A model generated the notes under the pieces. That model worked only from the letters and a program-made list of their open reading frames with translations. It ran no database searches and had not been told where the DNA came from. Shown here piece after piece: positions 45,272 through 55,076 of a DNA stretch of 64,000 nt (within the stretch, counting starts at the first letter, position 1; every line of letters starts with the position of its first letter). The DNA is taken from IMG/VR virus record IMGVR_UViG_3300018494_000083; one strand, given 5' to 3'. A program made the position numbers and the translations under genes. This DNA is from a virus (taxonomy: Duplodnaviria > Caudoviricetes).

Positions 45272-45420
45272 AAATGGGGAAAAGGAAGGAGAGAAGGGGG
45301 AAAGGGGGTTGAGAGAAAGAAAAAGGGGAAACATACCCCATGGGAACCGAGGGAGACCGAGGAGAGAAATCCCCCTCCGGAGGGAAGAATAGAAAGAAAA
45401 AAAATAAAGAGAAGAGAGTA
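45272..45420 (+). other. Non-coding polypurine / G-run tract
   Basis: GGGG 45276, GGGGG 45296, GGGGG 45304, GGGG 45325 in a nearly pure A/G stretch. Confidence 0.7.
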
Positions 45421-45461
45421 CTGAGTGAAGGTCGAAATAACGATTTAATTTCTCTTATAAT

Positions 45462-45479
45462 TATATACTATACTATTGA
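45462..45479 (+). promoter_or_regulatory. Class-2 (probably early) promoter motif
   Basis: TATATA-CTATACTAT-TGA. Confidence 0.5.
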
Positions 45480-45548
45480 AATAAGAGCTAAATATAAGAT
45501 TTTATTTCAGAGTAAACTATTTATTAATAATTAAGGAGGAAATTAATT

Positions 45549-45770
45549 ATGGCTTTTAAGGATGTGAATAGAGATGTCTATATCGACATTCTACTCAAAG
45601 ACCTTGCACGACAAACAAAGGCAAACACACTGCCTCCAAGTGCAGAAGTTATCATGCATTATATCAGAGAAGGCAATATGAATGATAACGAGAAACTCAA
45701 CAAACATGGAATGCTTGTGCGAGACGGAAGAGTCGTCATTCGCTCACGCAAATTAAATCCGATTAAGTAA
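45549..45770 (+). CDS. Small hypothetical protein
   Basis: 73 aa, AAGGAGG SD; C-terminal RDGRVVIRSRK motif. Confidence 0.75.
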   Translation: MAFKDVNRDVYIDILLKDLARQTKANTLPPSAEVIMHYIREGNMNDNEKLNKHGMLVRDGRVVIRSRKLNPIK

Positions 45771-45797
45771 TAAATTTCATTTAAAGGAGAAACACAA

Positions 45798-46328
45798 ATG
45801 GATACTATTAAGTCCCTGGTAGAGAGCAATGCCAACAACGCAAGAAAGACGAAGAACAATGATCTGTACTTCAAGATCGTTTGTGCAATTTGCTCCGACG
45901 ATTCTTACGTAGCTAAGAATGTAAAAAATATCACCGCTGATGGTGCTGTCATCACTGACGATCTCAAGCTCTCTGTAGCATTCAAGAGAATCCTCGCTCA
46001 GGTACTCAAGAAGAGCACCAGCATGACCGAGGCAGAGGCTTTCGAAGCAGCCAACGGTGTAGAACTCACAACTGATCAGGCTAAGACCCTCATGCACATC
46101 ATTCATGAAGCCGACTATATCATGATGAAGGACTGCAACAAGAAGGTTCAGATGTTCAATAAGCCTGGTTTCGATATCACTCTTTCTATCGGCACAGCAC
46201 CTGAGTCGATTCGTCCCAATCCTCAGAACAGAGCAGTATCTGTCAAGATTGAGGCTCATGACAGACTTCAGGTAAGCCAGAAGATCTTCGACTTCCAGAA
46301 GAAGACCGTAAAGACTCCCAAGAAGTGA
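45798..46328 (+). CDS. Possible HU/IHF-like DNA-binding protein
   Basis: KKVQMF..ESIRPNPQNRAVSVKIEAH resembles the HU arm (RNPQTGE..I.A); strong codon bias; basic tail. Confidence 0.45.
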   Translation: MDTIKSLVESNANNARKTKNNDLYFKIVCAICSDDSYVAKNVKNITADGAVITDDLKLSVAFKRILAQVLKKSTSMTEAEAFEAANGVELTTDQAKTLMHIIHEADYIMMKDCNKKVQMFNKPGFDITLSIGTAPESIRPNPQNRAVSVKIEAHDRLQVSQKIFDFQKKTVKTPKK

Positions 46329-46352
46329 TTTGAAACAAAAAAAATAAAATAT

Positions 46353-46389
46353 ATGGGAATAGCAACTTAATGCTATTCCCATTCTTTTT
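46353..46389. terminator. Bidirectional terminator
   Basis: ATGGGAATAGCA-ACTTAA-TGCTATTCCCAT flanked by A and T tracts. Confidence 0.8.
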
Positions 46390-46392
46390 CAA

Positions 46393-46743
46393 TTATTTTT
46401 CTTTCGGACTAGAATTTTCTACCGTATCTTTCGGATGATCAATTTTAGCCACGACGGGAGGTTGAATGCCTTTGCGATTAAGAAAGGTATTCACCAAACT
46501 GATTCCTGTGTCGAGAACACGATCGATCGTTTCATCAGTAATATTGATGTTGATCTTAGTGTCGACACGTGCCGAATCAAGCACTCGGTCAAAAGTAGAT
46601 TTCTTCTTATTATTTTTGACCTTATATTTTTTCTTCTTTGACTTTTTCTTTTTCTTCTTCTTGGGTTTATCTTCATCCAAGAAGTCGAACTTATCAAAGT
46701 CATCGAAGTCCAAATAAGAAGAATTAGTTTTTTTCTTGCTCAT
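46393..46743 (-). CDS. Lysine-rich hypothetical protein
   Basis: 116 aa, AAGGAGG SD, KKKKKKKSKKKK tract. Confidence 0.7.
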   Translation of the reverse strand: MSKKKTNSSYLDFDDFDKFDFLDEDKPKKKKKKKSKKKKYKVKNNKKKSTFDRVLDSARVDTKININITDETIDRVLDTGISLVNTFLNRKGIQPPVVAKIDHPKDTVENSSPKEK

Positions 46744-46864
46744 AAGACCTCCTTAGAGTTAGAATTGACTTGCTTTACCATATTTATATTGTATATTTAA
46801 ATTATGGTACCGAAATTTTATTATTAAAAATAAGGCTATTATAGATAGCTTATGAGGTGAAATT

Positions 46865-47167
46865 ATGCCAGAAGTAATCAAACACAAATGTGTGTACAGA
46901 GAACTGTCCGAGGATGGAAAGACTAAGGTTGATAAGGAAGGAAGATGCATCTGTACACTGGATATCCGTAAGAGATGTCCCAGAACTCAACCTTGTGTAT
47001 TCTGTAAAGAAGATGCTCCTCATACTCCTGCGGAAATGATCGCCATTATGAAGACTAATCCGATGGAAGTAGTTGAAGATGTGTTCCTTGACAGAAAGCT
47101 CACAGGACATGAGAAACTCATTGCAGGAAAATTCGTAAAGAAGTATTACACGATTCCTAAAAACTAA
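46865..47167 (+). CDS. Cys-rich (possible zinc-binding) small protein
   Basis: HKC..CIC..CPRTQPCVFC; GAGGTG SD. Confidence 0.7.
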   Translation: MPEVIKHKCVYRELSEDGKTKVDKEGRCICTLDIRKRCPRTQPCVFCKEDAPHTPAEMIAIMKTNPMEVVEDVFLDRKLTGHEKLIAGKFVKKYYTIPKN

Positions 47168-47178
47168 ACGATTGGAGA

Positions 47179-48105
47179 GTGATGCTTATGCGAATCTTTT
47201 ACTCCCCAAATATCAATAAGTTAATCACTTTGTATTTGATGGAGAATGACTATGATCTGTCTCTCAATAAGATAGATTATATCATAAATAGTCGTCCAGA
47301 TGTTTTGGAAGATTTATTAAGTATCATTCATCTTGTGCTTGAACACAAAAAATCGTTCACTATATTGGGTAGAGAGGCTATCCCTCACGACAAGAAGTTT
47401 TATCTTCGAGCTTCGTTGAAGGATATAGTCTCTCACCTGAATAGTAACCCTGAAGATGATGACCTGAAATCTATATTAGATAAGATTCCATCATCTTTGA
47501 TAAGTCAGTTGATTGAAGATCGAATCATCAGGCATAAGAAAAAAGATACATATTCTCCATTGTTTGCGTCCTCGAAGAAGGACGTACAACTCTCTATTTT
47601 TTTCCTTGATGACATGCAAGAACTCGACGGCAACCTAGCGATTTGTAAAAGATTGCGGTTTCCACCCGAATTAATTAGAGAGCTTTTCCCACTTACCATT
47701 AGGTTATTCATACCTAAGGACATTACCTTTTCCGTCCCTGATGGAAAGTTGATATATAAATCTCCACTATTCGTTAAAGATCATCTCATAACTGAGAATC
47801 TTAAAGAATCTTCTAAACGAGAAAGAACTCTTGCTAAGTATAAAGCAACGATTGATACTATGCTATATGAGACCACTGGATGTGAAATGTATCTATCTGG
47901 AAATACTGTCTACTCTACAATCATCACAATGAATATCGAAGATTGGATAAGATTCATAGATACCACATCTAAGATTGATCAGAATTATGATCATCCTGTA
48001 GTTAGTGCAATTCCATATTTTGCTTATCAATACAGACATCTATATGAACTTCTCGGAACTCATGAGTGGAGAATGAATCTAAGTAAAATTGTAAAAGGAG
48101 GTTGA
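47179..48105 (+). CDS. Hypothetical protein
   Basis: 308-aa ORF in operon. Confidence 0.75.
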   Translation: MMLMRIFYSPNINKLITLYLMENDYDLSLNKIDYIINSRPDVLEDLLSIIHLVLEHKKSFTILGREAIPHDKKFYLRASLKDIVSHLNSNPEDDDLKSILDKIPSSLISQLIEDRIIRHKKKDTYSPLFASSKKDVQLSIFFLDDMQELDGNLAICKRLRFPPELIRELFPLTIRLFIPKDITFSVPDGKLIYKSPLFVKDHLITENLKESSKRERTLAKYKATIDTMLYETTGCEMYLSGNTVYSTIITMNIEDWIRFIDTTSKIDQNYDHPVVSAIPYFAYQYRHLYELLGTHEWRMNLSKIVKGG

Positions 48106-48650
48106 CTATGTCTTCCTACTTACATAAAGCGATCATCCTCGCAAATTGGCATCCATCTGATAAAGAGCAACTTCAAACTGTCGTAATGGAAACGAGAGGA
48201 ATGAAAGTTTGCTCAGTACTTTATGTTGATGATGCAGGATCTATTAAGTCGGATAAAGATACCGTTAAGGCTAATCTCAAATCTGAACTTTATAGTGATA
48301 TGTACGATGATGATCTGAAGATAAAGGTTAAAGAAGCATTCGACGGTAAGGATGCTATCAAATATATAGTAAAGTATCTCGACAAAATCTGGGATGAGGA
48401 ACTTCAGGTTTACTTCTACCACCCAGATGAGGATACTTACGAACTTCTCCAGAAGAAGATAGAGGAAACGAATGGAAGAATCTATATGGATGACTACCAT
48501 TCTATTTTCTCTGATAAACGAGACATTGCAAAAGATATTAAAGAGATTATGCGAGATGAGGGTCTTAAGATGGAAAATCTCATCGATGACTCACAACTCT
48601 CCTTTGTTTATTATCTCACTGCACTTGTCGAAAGATTGAATACCAGATAA
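48102..48650 (+). CDS. Hypothetical protein
   Basis: About 180 aa, GGAGG SD (ATG 48108). Confidence 0.75.
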   Translation: MTMSSYLHKAIILANWHPSDKEQLQTVVMETRGMKVCSVLYVDDAGSIKSDKDTVKANLKSELYSDMYDDDLKIKVKEAFDGKDAIKYIVKYLDKIWDEELQVYFYHPDEDTYELLQKKIEETNGRIYMDDYHSIFSDKRDIAKDIKEIMRDEGLKMENLIDDSQLSFVYYLTALVERLNTR

Positions 48651-48673
48651 TCAGTAAATTGTCTGCTTATTGG

Positions 48674-48685
48674 AACATTTCAATA
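48674..48685 (+). promoter_or_regulatory. Late-type promoter AACA-N6-TA
   Basis: AACATTTCAATA upstream of 48710. Confidence 0.6.
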
Positions 48686-48709
48686 TAATGAAAGAGAGGA
48701 TACATATAC

Positions 48710-49780
48710 ATGATTTGGAACGAAACACCGAGCGACTTCATCCTGTTGGGAGCTGATATGTTGTCTCCAGTTAATAAGAATGACGTTGTTCTAATTCACA
48801 GAAACAAGTATATGCGGATTTTCAAATCTGGATACAATAATAGTCCAGTAGATATTAATATCATTGAACAAGCTCTGGAAATTTTGCTCTCTAGCGATGA
48901 CGGACTTTCTGATATGGTTGACTCTTATATTGAATATGCGTTCAATAAGGAGGCTCCATTCTGTCCGGTTGTCTGCACTAAGAGAATGGATTGGTGCTTA
49001 AACCAAATTCGATATATTCACGAAAAGGATAGACTTCTTTTCAGAGATATCTTCAGCATCGGAATTGTAGAAACAAATGATAATATCGATTCTCCTGAAT
49101 GGAAAAAGTTTGTTAAATACATGAATCTGAAGTTTAGGGATCTCACTAAGAAGTATCCTTTATTTGAGCACTTCCATCTTTATGATGATTCTACCGATAA
49201 TGACTACCGTATTCTTACCTTAGAATGTGGCAATATCGTAGACTGGCAACCAAAGTTCAATAAAAACACCACTATTATTACAACTAATAACCCCACAGTT
49301 ATCAATGCCTACCGAAAGGTATCTGATAGCTATAAGTTATTCCAGTTCAATCCAGATAGTATCTCTCACATGAAACCGCATGTAGAAACCCACGTTGAAA
49401 CCTTTACTCGTATTCATAACTGCAAGACTGCTCAGGAAGTCATTGAGATGTATAGAACTATCAATAATAATATCATGGGCTTTCTCAATGGATATGAGAG
49501 AGGTAATGAAGATGATGTATCTATCGACGCTTATAATACATTCATTTATTCACTCACCGATGATATCGAAGCAGTGAATGTCTTGAAGGATATTGAGATC
49601 GAAGATCCGTCACTTCTTGATGATATGTATTGTATCATTAACACATGCTTAATGTATATTAAGGACCGCTATATGGGTCAGGTTGGACTTCATTCTGAGG
49701 TCTCTACTATGGCTATCATTTATAGAGGTCAACTTATTCGAAATAAAGATTTGTTAAAACAAATTAGGAGGTCACTATGA
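48710..49780 (+). CDS. Hypothetical protein (late)
   Basis: 356 aa, GAGAGG SD. Confidence 0.75.
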   Translation: MIWNETPSDFILLGADMLSPVNKNDVVLIHRNKYMRIFKSGYNNSPVDINIIEQALEILLSSDDGLSDMVDSYIEYAFNKEAPFCPVVCTKRMDWCLNQIRYIHEKDRLLFRDIFSIGIVETNDNIDSPEWKKFVKYMNLKFRDLTKKYPLFEHFHLYDDSTDNDYRILTLECGNIVDWQPKFNKNTTIITTNNPTVINAYRKVSDSYKLFQFNPDSISHMKPHVETHVETFTRIHNCKTAQEVIEMYRTINNNIMGFLNGYERGNEDDVSIDAYNTFIYSLTDDIEAVNVLKDIEIEDPSLLDDMYCIINTCLMYIKDRYMGQVGLHSEVSTMAIIYRGQLIRNKDLLKQIRRSL

Positions 49781-51804
49781 TTGAACTTATTAAATCATTA
49801 TGTGAAGATGTAAACACATCTGTTAACGATGCGTATGCTGATGACGCCGATGCACTCGGCTCAGCTCATGTTAACTTCTCTAACTATGCAAAGAAAAAGC
49901 TTGAGCAGACTGTATCTAAAATAAGAGCAATTATATCTGGCTTTGAAGACATCAAGGTTAGAGGAGAGAATGAGTTTTGTCGTCAGTATGTGCTTTGTCC
50001 CATGGATGGCAAGGAATTCTTTATCCTTAAGGAAGAGTATGAGAAGGAACTTGATAAGATCTTTACTCATGCTGCTACTCTCGATAGCGACTGCGTTCAG
50101 GACTATCTCAGAAAAGAATTCATCGGTCTTGTTATCGTAGATAATGGAACCTTTGACTGTGAAACTTATGATTGTCTCAAATCTAAGCTCACTGAGAAAG
50201 TTGATTCCATGGGTCTTAACGACACATTTATCAATAGCTTCGTAGAGAGAACCAAAGGTTTTATTCTCGAAGCTCAGGAGATCCTTGTTGGTCTTACCAA
50301 TAAGATTCTCAATGATAACGTAACTACTGTCAAGGACTACGAGATTGCTGTTGAGATGGTTAATGAAACTGAAAAGTTTGTTAACACTCTCGTCGAAATC
50401 TATACTCAGTCTTATATCAGAATGTATGAGGCTACCAAGGAAAGACAGAGTTCCGAAACTCAGGTCGCTGCAGATCAAGCATACGGCGATCTCACTAAGA
50501 TTGAGGGTGAAGTTGAGAAGTGTAAAGCAGTCCAGGATAAATGGGTTGCTATTCACAGCGAACCCAATGTCGAGCTTGATAAGAAGATTCAAACTCTCAC
50601 TGAGAAGTGTGCAGAAGCAAGACAGAAGTATATTTCTTGCAATGAAGAGGCTACTAAAGAATCCGAAGAGTCTGTCGCAAAGTATATTCAGAGTCTCAAT
50701 GCTTGTGTAAAAGAGATTCGTGATTTCTATGCTACTTATGAGCGTAAGGAATTTCTTGAGTCTCGTGAGAAGAGAATTGAAAAGATGGAAGACTATGTAA
50801 AGGGTGCACTTGAAAGAAAGTATCCTTTGAGAATTCCGCTTTATAAAGTTGATAACGCATCGAAGGATGTCAAGGAGATTATTCGTAATGAATTTATCCC
50901 TGCTATCTCTGAGATTGCTGACAAATATAAAGAGTATATTATTCTGGCTCCTAAGTTTGACGATGAGTCGGATGATATGTTTATCTATCTTACCCTTCGT
51001 GAACCTCATGGCGATGAAGGTGATAAGGAAGTAAGAGCTGCTGATATTGATGAGAAGACTATCAATGAAGCCGCTGAAAAGATTTTCGTAAAGCCTAACG
51101 GTGATTACATCGTACATTCCAATGGTGGTTGTGCTGTGTATAGCTCTCATGATGTCTATAAGGGTCACGTAAGTGGCGAGACTGATGAAGAGTGCATTAA
51201 GAACTTCAAGCTTAATAAACTCACCGAGGCTGCTGATCTTCCTGGTAAGGGAGATTATTCCATCGATAAAGATGGTCGTCTCTATGTAGTAACTCTCAAT
51301 GGACAGTTTATCGGTAACGGCGGCTCCTATGATGAAGCTCGTGAAATTATCGATGATGATATCCGTGAGAAGAAGCACGCTACTCAGAATGAGGCGACTC
51401 TCACAGTTGAAGAAAGAAAGCAACTGAAGAAGTCTGACTTTGGTGTTCCTGAGATTATGGGTTATCCCCTTAATGATGAGGAGCATATCAGAAAGGCTAT
51501 TCAGTTCTTCCAGTATTGCAAACCTCAATATAAGGACACTCTTGCAAAGAACATCGTCAAGAAAGTTATCGAATTCCGTCTTGTTGGTAAGGTGAATATC
51601 ACTGCTAAACATCCTGGAAAGAAGTACTTCCCTGAGTGGATGCTCGATACTGCAAAGCCTGAGTTGAAGGTTGACGAGGACAACACATATACCATTACTG
51701 TAGATGGAAAGCAAGTTGCAAGTGGAACTATCCACAAGGAGACTGAGTCCACAATTAATGAGTCGGTAATTATCGATCCTAAGACTGGACATTTCTATCT
51801 ATAA
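49777..51804 (+). CDS. Probable multi-module internal head protein, includes DUF6582-like module
   Basis: LTVEERKQLKKSDFGVPE..YPLNDEEHIRKAIQFF; modules bounded by ILEA, FLES, INEA, LTEA, INES. Confidence 0.65.
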   Translation: MIELIKSLCEDVNTSVNDAYADDADALGSAHVNFSNYAKKKLEQTVSKIRAIISGFEDIKVRGENEFCRQYVLCPMDGKEFFILKEEYEKELDKIFTHAATLDSDCVQDYLRKEFIGLVIVDNGTFDCETYDCLKSKLTEKVDSMGLNDTFINSFVERTKGFILEAQEILVGLTNKILNDNVTTVKDYEIAVEMVNETEKFVNTLVEIYTQSYIRMYEATKERQSSETQVAADQAYGDLTKIEGEVEKCKAVQDKWVAIHSEPNVELDKKIQTLTEKCAEARQKYISCNEEATKESEESVAKYIQSLNACVKEIRDFYATYERKEFLESREKRIEKMEDYVKGALERKYPLRIPLYKVDNASKDVKEIIRNEFIPAISEIADKYKEYIILAPKFDDESDDMFIYLTLREPHGDEGDKEVRAADIDEKTINEAAEKIFVKPNGDYIVHSNGGCAVYSSHDVYKGHVSGETDEECIKNFKLNKLTEAADLPGKGDYSIDKDGRLYVVTLNGQFIGNGGSYDEAREIIDDDIREKKHATQNEATLTVEERKQLKKSDFGVPEIMGYPLNDEEHIRKAIQFFQYCKPQYKDTLAKNIVKKVIEFRLVGKVNITAKHPGKKYFPEWMLDTAKPELKVDEDNTYTITVDGKQVASGTIHKETESTINESVIIDPKTGHFYL

Positions 51805-51832
51805 CTCTATTAATATTAAGTGAGGTATTGAT

Positions 51833-52546
51833 ATGAGAATTCCAAGGGTATATAAACGAGACGGAACTTCTGACCCGAGTATCAAGAAAACGATTCTCGA
51901 AGTCGAAGCACTTCCTGTCGTTGAGTATGATCCTGATGTAGACTTTGATGATGACAAATCGGTCAATCGCTATATAAGAGCCATCAAGGGAGCTATCAGA
52001 TCATCCAACGAATACAAGAGACTTATGCGATTCCTCAAGGATAAGTGTGAGTTTAACAAGTGTTTCTTCTTGCCGAGAGTTAAACGTATGAGAGATAGCA
52101 ATATCATGATCGAGATGCATCATACGGGATTTGTAATGGAAGACATTATCGTCACAGTTCTCAGAAAGAGATATAGTGAAAGAGAAGATTATGGTGTGCA
52201 GGCAGTAGCCGAAGAGGTTATGTATGAGCACTATAATGGTAACATTTCGTTGACTGCTTTGTCATCGACTATGCACTCTCTTATTCACGAAGATGATAGT
52301 GGACTCTTTATCCCGCTTCAGATGGTTGATTATGGCGATATCAATCTCTTCGTTGAGAAGTACAAGGAATGGGTTCCGAAAGAGACAATGAAGAAATTCA
52401 GTCAGTACCAGATTCTCAGTTCTGCTATTGCACGAATTGATGATATTATTCCTGACTATCTTGATAGAAACTTTATCTTCTTCAAGAAAGAAGGAGTCGA
52501 AGTACCTGATATGAATAAAATTCTTGAGCTTATTGAACTCGAATAA
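51833..52546 (+). CDS. HNH-like phage protein
   Basis: IRSSNEYK..CFFL..IEMHH..HY..LSSTMHSLIH pattern. Confidence 0.55.
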   Translation: MRIPRVYKRDGTSDPSIKKTILEVEALPVVEYDPDVDFDDDKSVNRYIRAIKGAIRSSNEYKRLMRFLKDKCEFNKCFFLPRVKRMRDSNIMIEMHHTGFVMEDIIVTVLRKRYSEREDYGVQAVAEEVMYEHYNGNISLTALSSTMHSLIHEDDSGLFIPLQMVDYGDINLFVEKYKEWVPKETMKKFSQYQILSSAIARIDDIIPDYLDRNFIFFKKEGVEVPDMNKILELIELE

Positions 52547-52552
52547 AATAAC

Positions 52553-52584
52553 GCAGATAGGGAGAAATCCCTATCTGCTTTTTT
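52553..52584 (+). terminator. Rho-independent terminator
   Basis: GCAGATAGGGA-GAAA-TCCCTATCTGC-TTTTTT. Confidence 0.88.
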
Positions 52585-52604
52585 GTGTTTTCTTGGATAG
52601 TGCT

Positions 52605-52622
52605 TATACATTATAAATGTGA
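52605..52622 (+). promoter_or_regulatory. Class-2 (probably early) promoter motif
   Basis: TATACA-TTATAAATG-TGA before an accessory gene cluster. Confidence 0.6.
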
Positions 52623-52672
52623 ATAACGGCATGTTAAAGAAAAAAGTAATATTTGAAAAGGAGGAAATAATC

Positions 52673-53182
52673 ATGTCGAACAAAGAAACCTATACACCTC
52701 GCAGAAAAACTGCAGACCGAGCAAACATTCCAAAGTCTCAGCAGGAGGCTTATGACATTCTTGATAAACTCAGAGAATGTCCTAGTTTAATCCCCGATGA
52801 TCTATCCAAGAGACCGACTAAAGAATTAATGAAGGTCTGTGCAGAAACCATACAACAAATTCATGTTGGAAGTGCATCTCTTCGCGCATACGCAGTTGAT
52901 ACTAAACGCGAAATTGAAAACCTTGCGAATGATGTCAAGATTCAAAGTGAGATGCTCAATCGTCTTTACCTTGACGTTATTATGAAGGCTATCAATATCT
53001 TATTCTATACTAACGAGTGTGTAAGAAATTTGGTAACTAACGACAATCGCAAAGAACTATCTGAGATTCTTAGGACTTTTAATCATTTGTATAAAATTCT
53101 TGCAAATGAAAAAAGATCTATTGAAACCATGATCGACACACTAAAATTCATATCGGTGAAAATATGGGGAGATGAACAATGA
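52673..53182 (+). CDS. Hypothetical protein
   Basis: ATG 52673 after AAGGAGG. Confidence 0.75.
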   Translation: MSNKETYTPRRKTADRANIPKSQQEAYDILDKLRECPSLIPDDLSKRPTKELMKVCAETIQQIHVGSASLRAYAVDTKREIENLANDVKIQSEMLNRLYLDVIMKAINILFYTNECVRNLVTNDNRKELSEILRTFNHLYKILANEKRSIETMIDTLKFISVKIWGDEQ

Positions 53183-53478
53183 AAAGAATTCTTACACTTT
53201 TACTTATCATAATTATATTGAGCTTTGTCCTTATTAGTTGCACATCAAACTATGATGACCAACTAAATGTTGATGAACCTTGGGTACTCATCTCATATTC
53301 GGGTGATAAATACAGGATCCATCAAAAAGTTCTTTATAATACTGAAACCGAATTAACCTACATCTACGATTACAGATGGGCACATGAAAACGGTATATAT
53401 ATCGTTACTAACCAAACTTTAACAATTGTTGATAAACAGGGTAATATCATCGGATGTAATATTATAGGAGGAGAATAA
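53179..53478 (+). CDS. Putative lipoprotein
   Basis: MKR + hydrophobic stretch + LISC lipobox-like. Confidence 0.65.
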   Translation: MKRILTLLLIIIILSFVLISCTSNYDDQLNVDEPWVLISYSGDKYRIHQKVLYNTETELTYIYDYRWAHENGIYIVTNQTLTIVDKQGNIIGCNIIGGE

Positions 53479-53480
53479 TC

Positions 53481-53912
53481 ATGGAAGATAATTTTTATCC
53501 AAAGAATCTGGATGACGCAAAAGATTATATAAAACGTGCAGAAATATTTCTTCACTCTATGACAATCGATAATGTACATGATTCTGCGTTATGTATTCAT
53601 TCTATTGCATCACAAATAAATCACTGGTCGACGTGTGAAAAACGAGTAATTGAAGGCAGGTTTATTGATGATCTCAGTTTATTGATTGATATTCTGGATC
53701 AAATATCATTGATAGTTGCCAAGTCTATCAATATGATATACGATTTCAGACGTATGCTCGATTCTCAAACTGATATTCCGTTTGAAAAGCAACTCGATTA
53801 TCTCTTTGCTGACCAGAGTAATATCATTTGTACTACTCGCATATACAGATATGTCTTAACAAAACTTCAGGAGGAACAAAATGAACAAACGCAAACTGAA
53901 GAAAAGAAATAA
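53481..53912 (+). CDS. Hypothetical protein
   Basis: 143 aa, GGAGG SD. Confidence 0.7.
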   Translation: MEDNFYPKNLDDAKDYIKRAEIFLHSMTIDNVHDSALCIHSIASQINHWSTCEKRVIEGRFIDDLSLLIDILDQISLIVAKSINMIYDFRRMLDSQTDIPFEKQLDYLFADQSNIICTTRIYRYVLTKLQEEQNEQTQTEEKK

Positions 53913-54066
53913 AAAGCTTGAGCTCTTTGCTATTAGTTTTGTCTCTTCTTATCGAGAACTAAAAGAGCAAGACCGTTCTTATCATGAGTATATCTTGAGA
54001 GAACAGAGAAGAAAGCGATACCTCAAACAACACAACGTTACACCTGCGGAAACATTTGAATTTTAA
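53881..54066 (+). CDS. Small basic hypothetical protein
   Basis: 61 aa, GGAGG SD, MNKRKLKK start. Confidence 0.65.
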   Translation: MNKRKLKKRNKKLELFAISFVSSYRELKEQDRSYHEYILREQRRKRYLKQHNVTPAETFEF

Positions 54067-54076
54067 TGGAGGAACC

Positions 54077-54544
54077 ATGAATAACAAAATCAATAATATA
54101 TGCAACATCAATCTCGACATCATGATCGTCATTGAGTTGGAAGATCATGCTACGGTTAAGAAAGTAGGAAATCAGATTCATAACCAACTTAAAGGAAATC
54201 CTGATTATGTAGGATCTGCAATCCTATTGAATCTTTCTGATGAAGATTCGGAACATGAAGTTCGTCTCTACTTCTTCAAGGATCGTATCACTACACCATA
54301 TGTGGTTCTCAGCTATCTTGCTATCAGAAGTTGCCGAATCCGTGTCAATACTTCTTCTGAAAAAGAATTTATCAGGAGAGTTGATCGTTATTGGCAACAG
54401 CTTGCCACAATGGGCGATAAGCACTTTATCTCGATCAATACATCTAATACGACAGATGAAGTTGATTTCGAGAATGAGATTATTGTAACCATGAATCTCA
54501 AACCCGATCTCAGCACACATCATGTCGACATGTTTATTTTATAA
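54077..54544 (+). CDS. Hypothetical protein
   Basis: ATG 54077 after GGAGG. Confidence 0.7.
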   Translation: MNNKINNICNINLDIMIVIELEDHATVKKVGNQIHNQLKGNPDYVGSAILLNLSDEDSEHEVRLYFFKDRITTPYVVLSYLAIRSCRIRVNTSSEKEFIRRVDRYWQQLATMGDKHFISINTSNTTDEVDFENEIIVTMNLKPDLSTHHVDMFIL

Positions 54545-54559
54545 TGAAAGGAAACTATC

Positions 54560-55075
54560 ATGAAACTCGAACTCTCTACATACCTTAGAAATCTTCTCGG
54601 AACCGAGTTGTATCTTAAAATGAAAGAGGTTGCATATCAACCTAAACAACTCAAGCTCTTTATAGCTTGTGGACAAACAGCACTTCATCTTACTTCTGAT
54701 AAGGCAATGAAAGAAAAGATTTCTCTCTTTAACTTCCGCGATAAAAAGTACGATGAGACTCTCTATCTTGTAAGCATTGGAAGTTGCTTGGAACCTAGGA
54801 ATATGGAACCCATCGAGATCCTTACTCAGAGCGAACTCGATAAACTTTATATCTACCAGGCAGACGTCAACGAAGATGGAAACTACTGTCTTCTCAGAAA
54901 AGGTTGGGATCATTCTGGTCTTAACTTTGGCATGAATGTCTTCACTACCGAGCCTATCAAAATGGAAGGTGATGAACTTATCCTGGATGGCGAGTATGGA
55001 AGAAACTTTGTTTGGACTGGAGACACAATGATGTGTACTCTATCTGAATTCATCGCAACAAGAAAGGAGAACTAA
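54560..55075 (+). CDS. Hypothetical protein
   Basis: 171 aa, AAAGGA SD. Confidence 0.75.
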   Translation: MKLELSTYLRNLLGTELYLKMKEVAYQPKQLKLFIACGQTALHLTSDKAMKEKISLFNFRDKKYDETLYLVSIGSCLEPRNMEPIEILTQSELDKLYIYQADVNEDGNYCLLRKGWDHSGLNFGMNVFTTEPIKMEGDELILDGEYGRNFVWTGDTMMCTLSEFIATRKEN

Positions 55076-55076
55076 A

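Noticed and set aside
45340-45534. 64-aa ORF in the purine-rich tract
   Set aside because: Open only because A/G-rich sequence lacks stops; low-complexity product.
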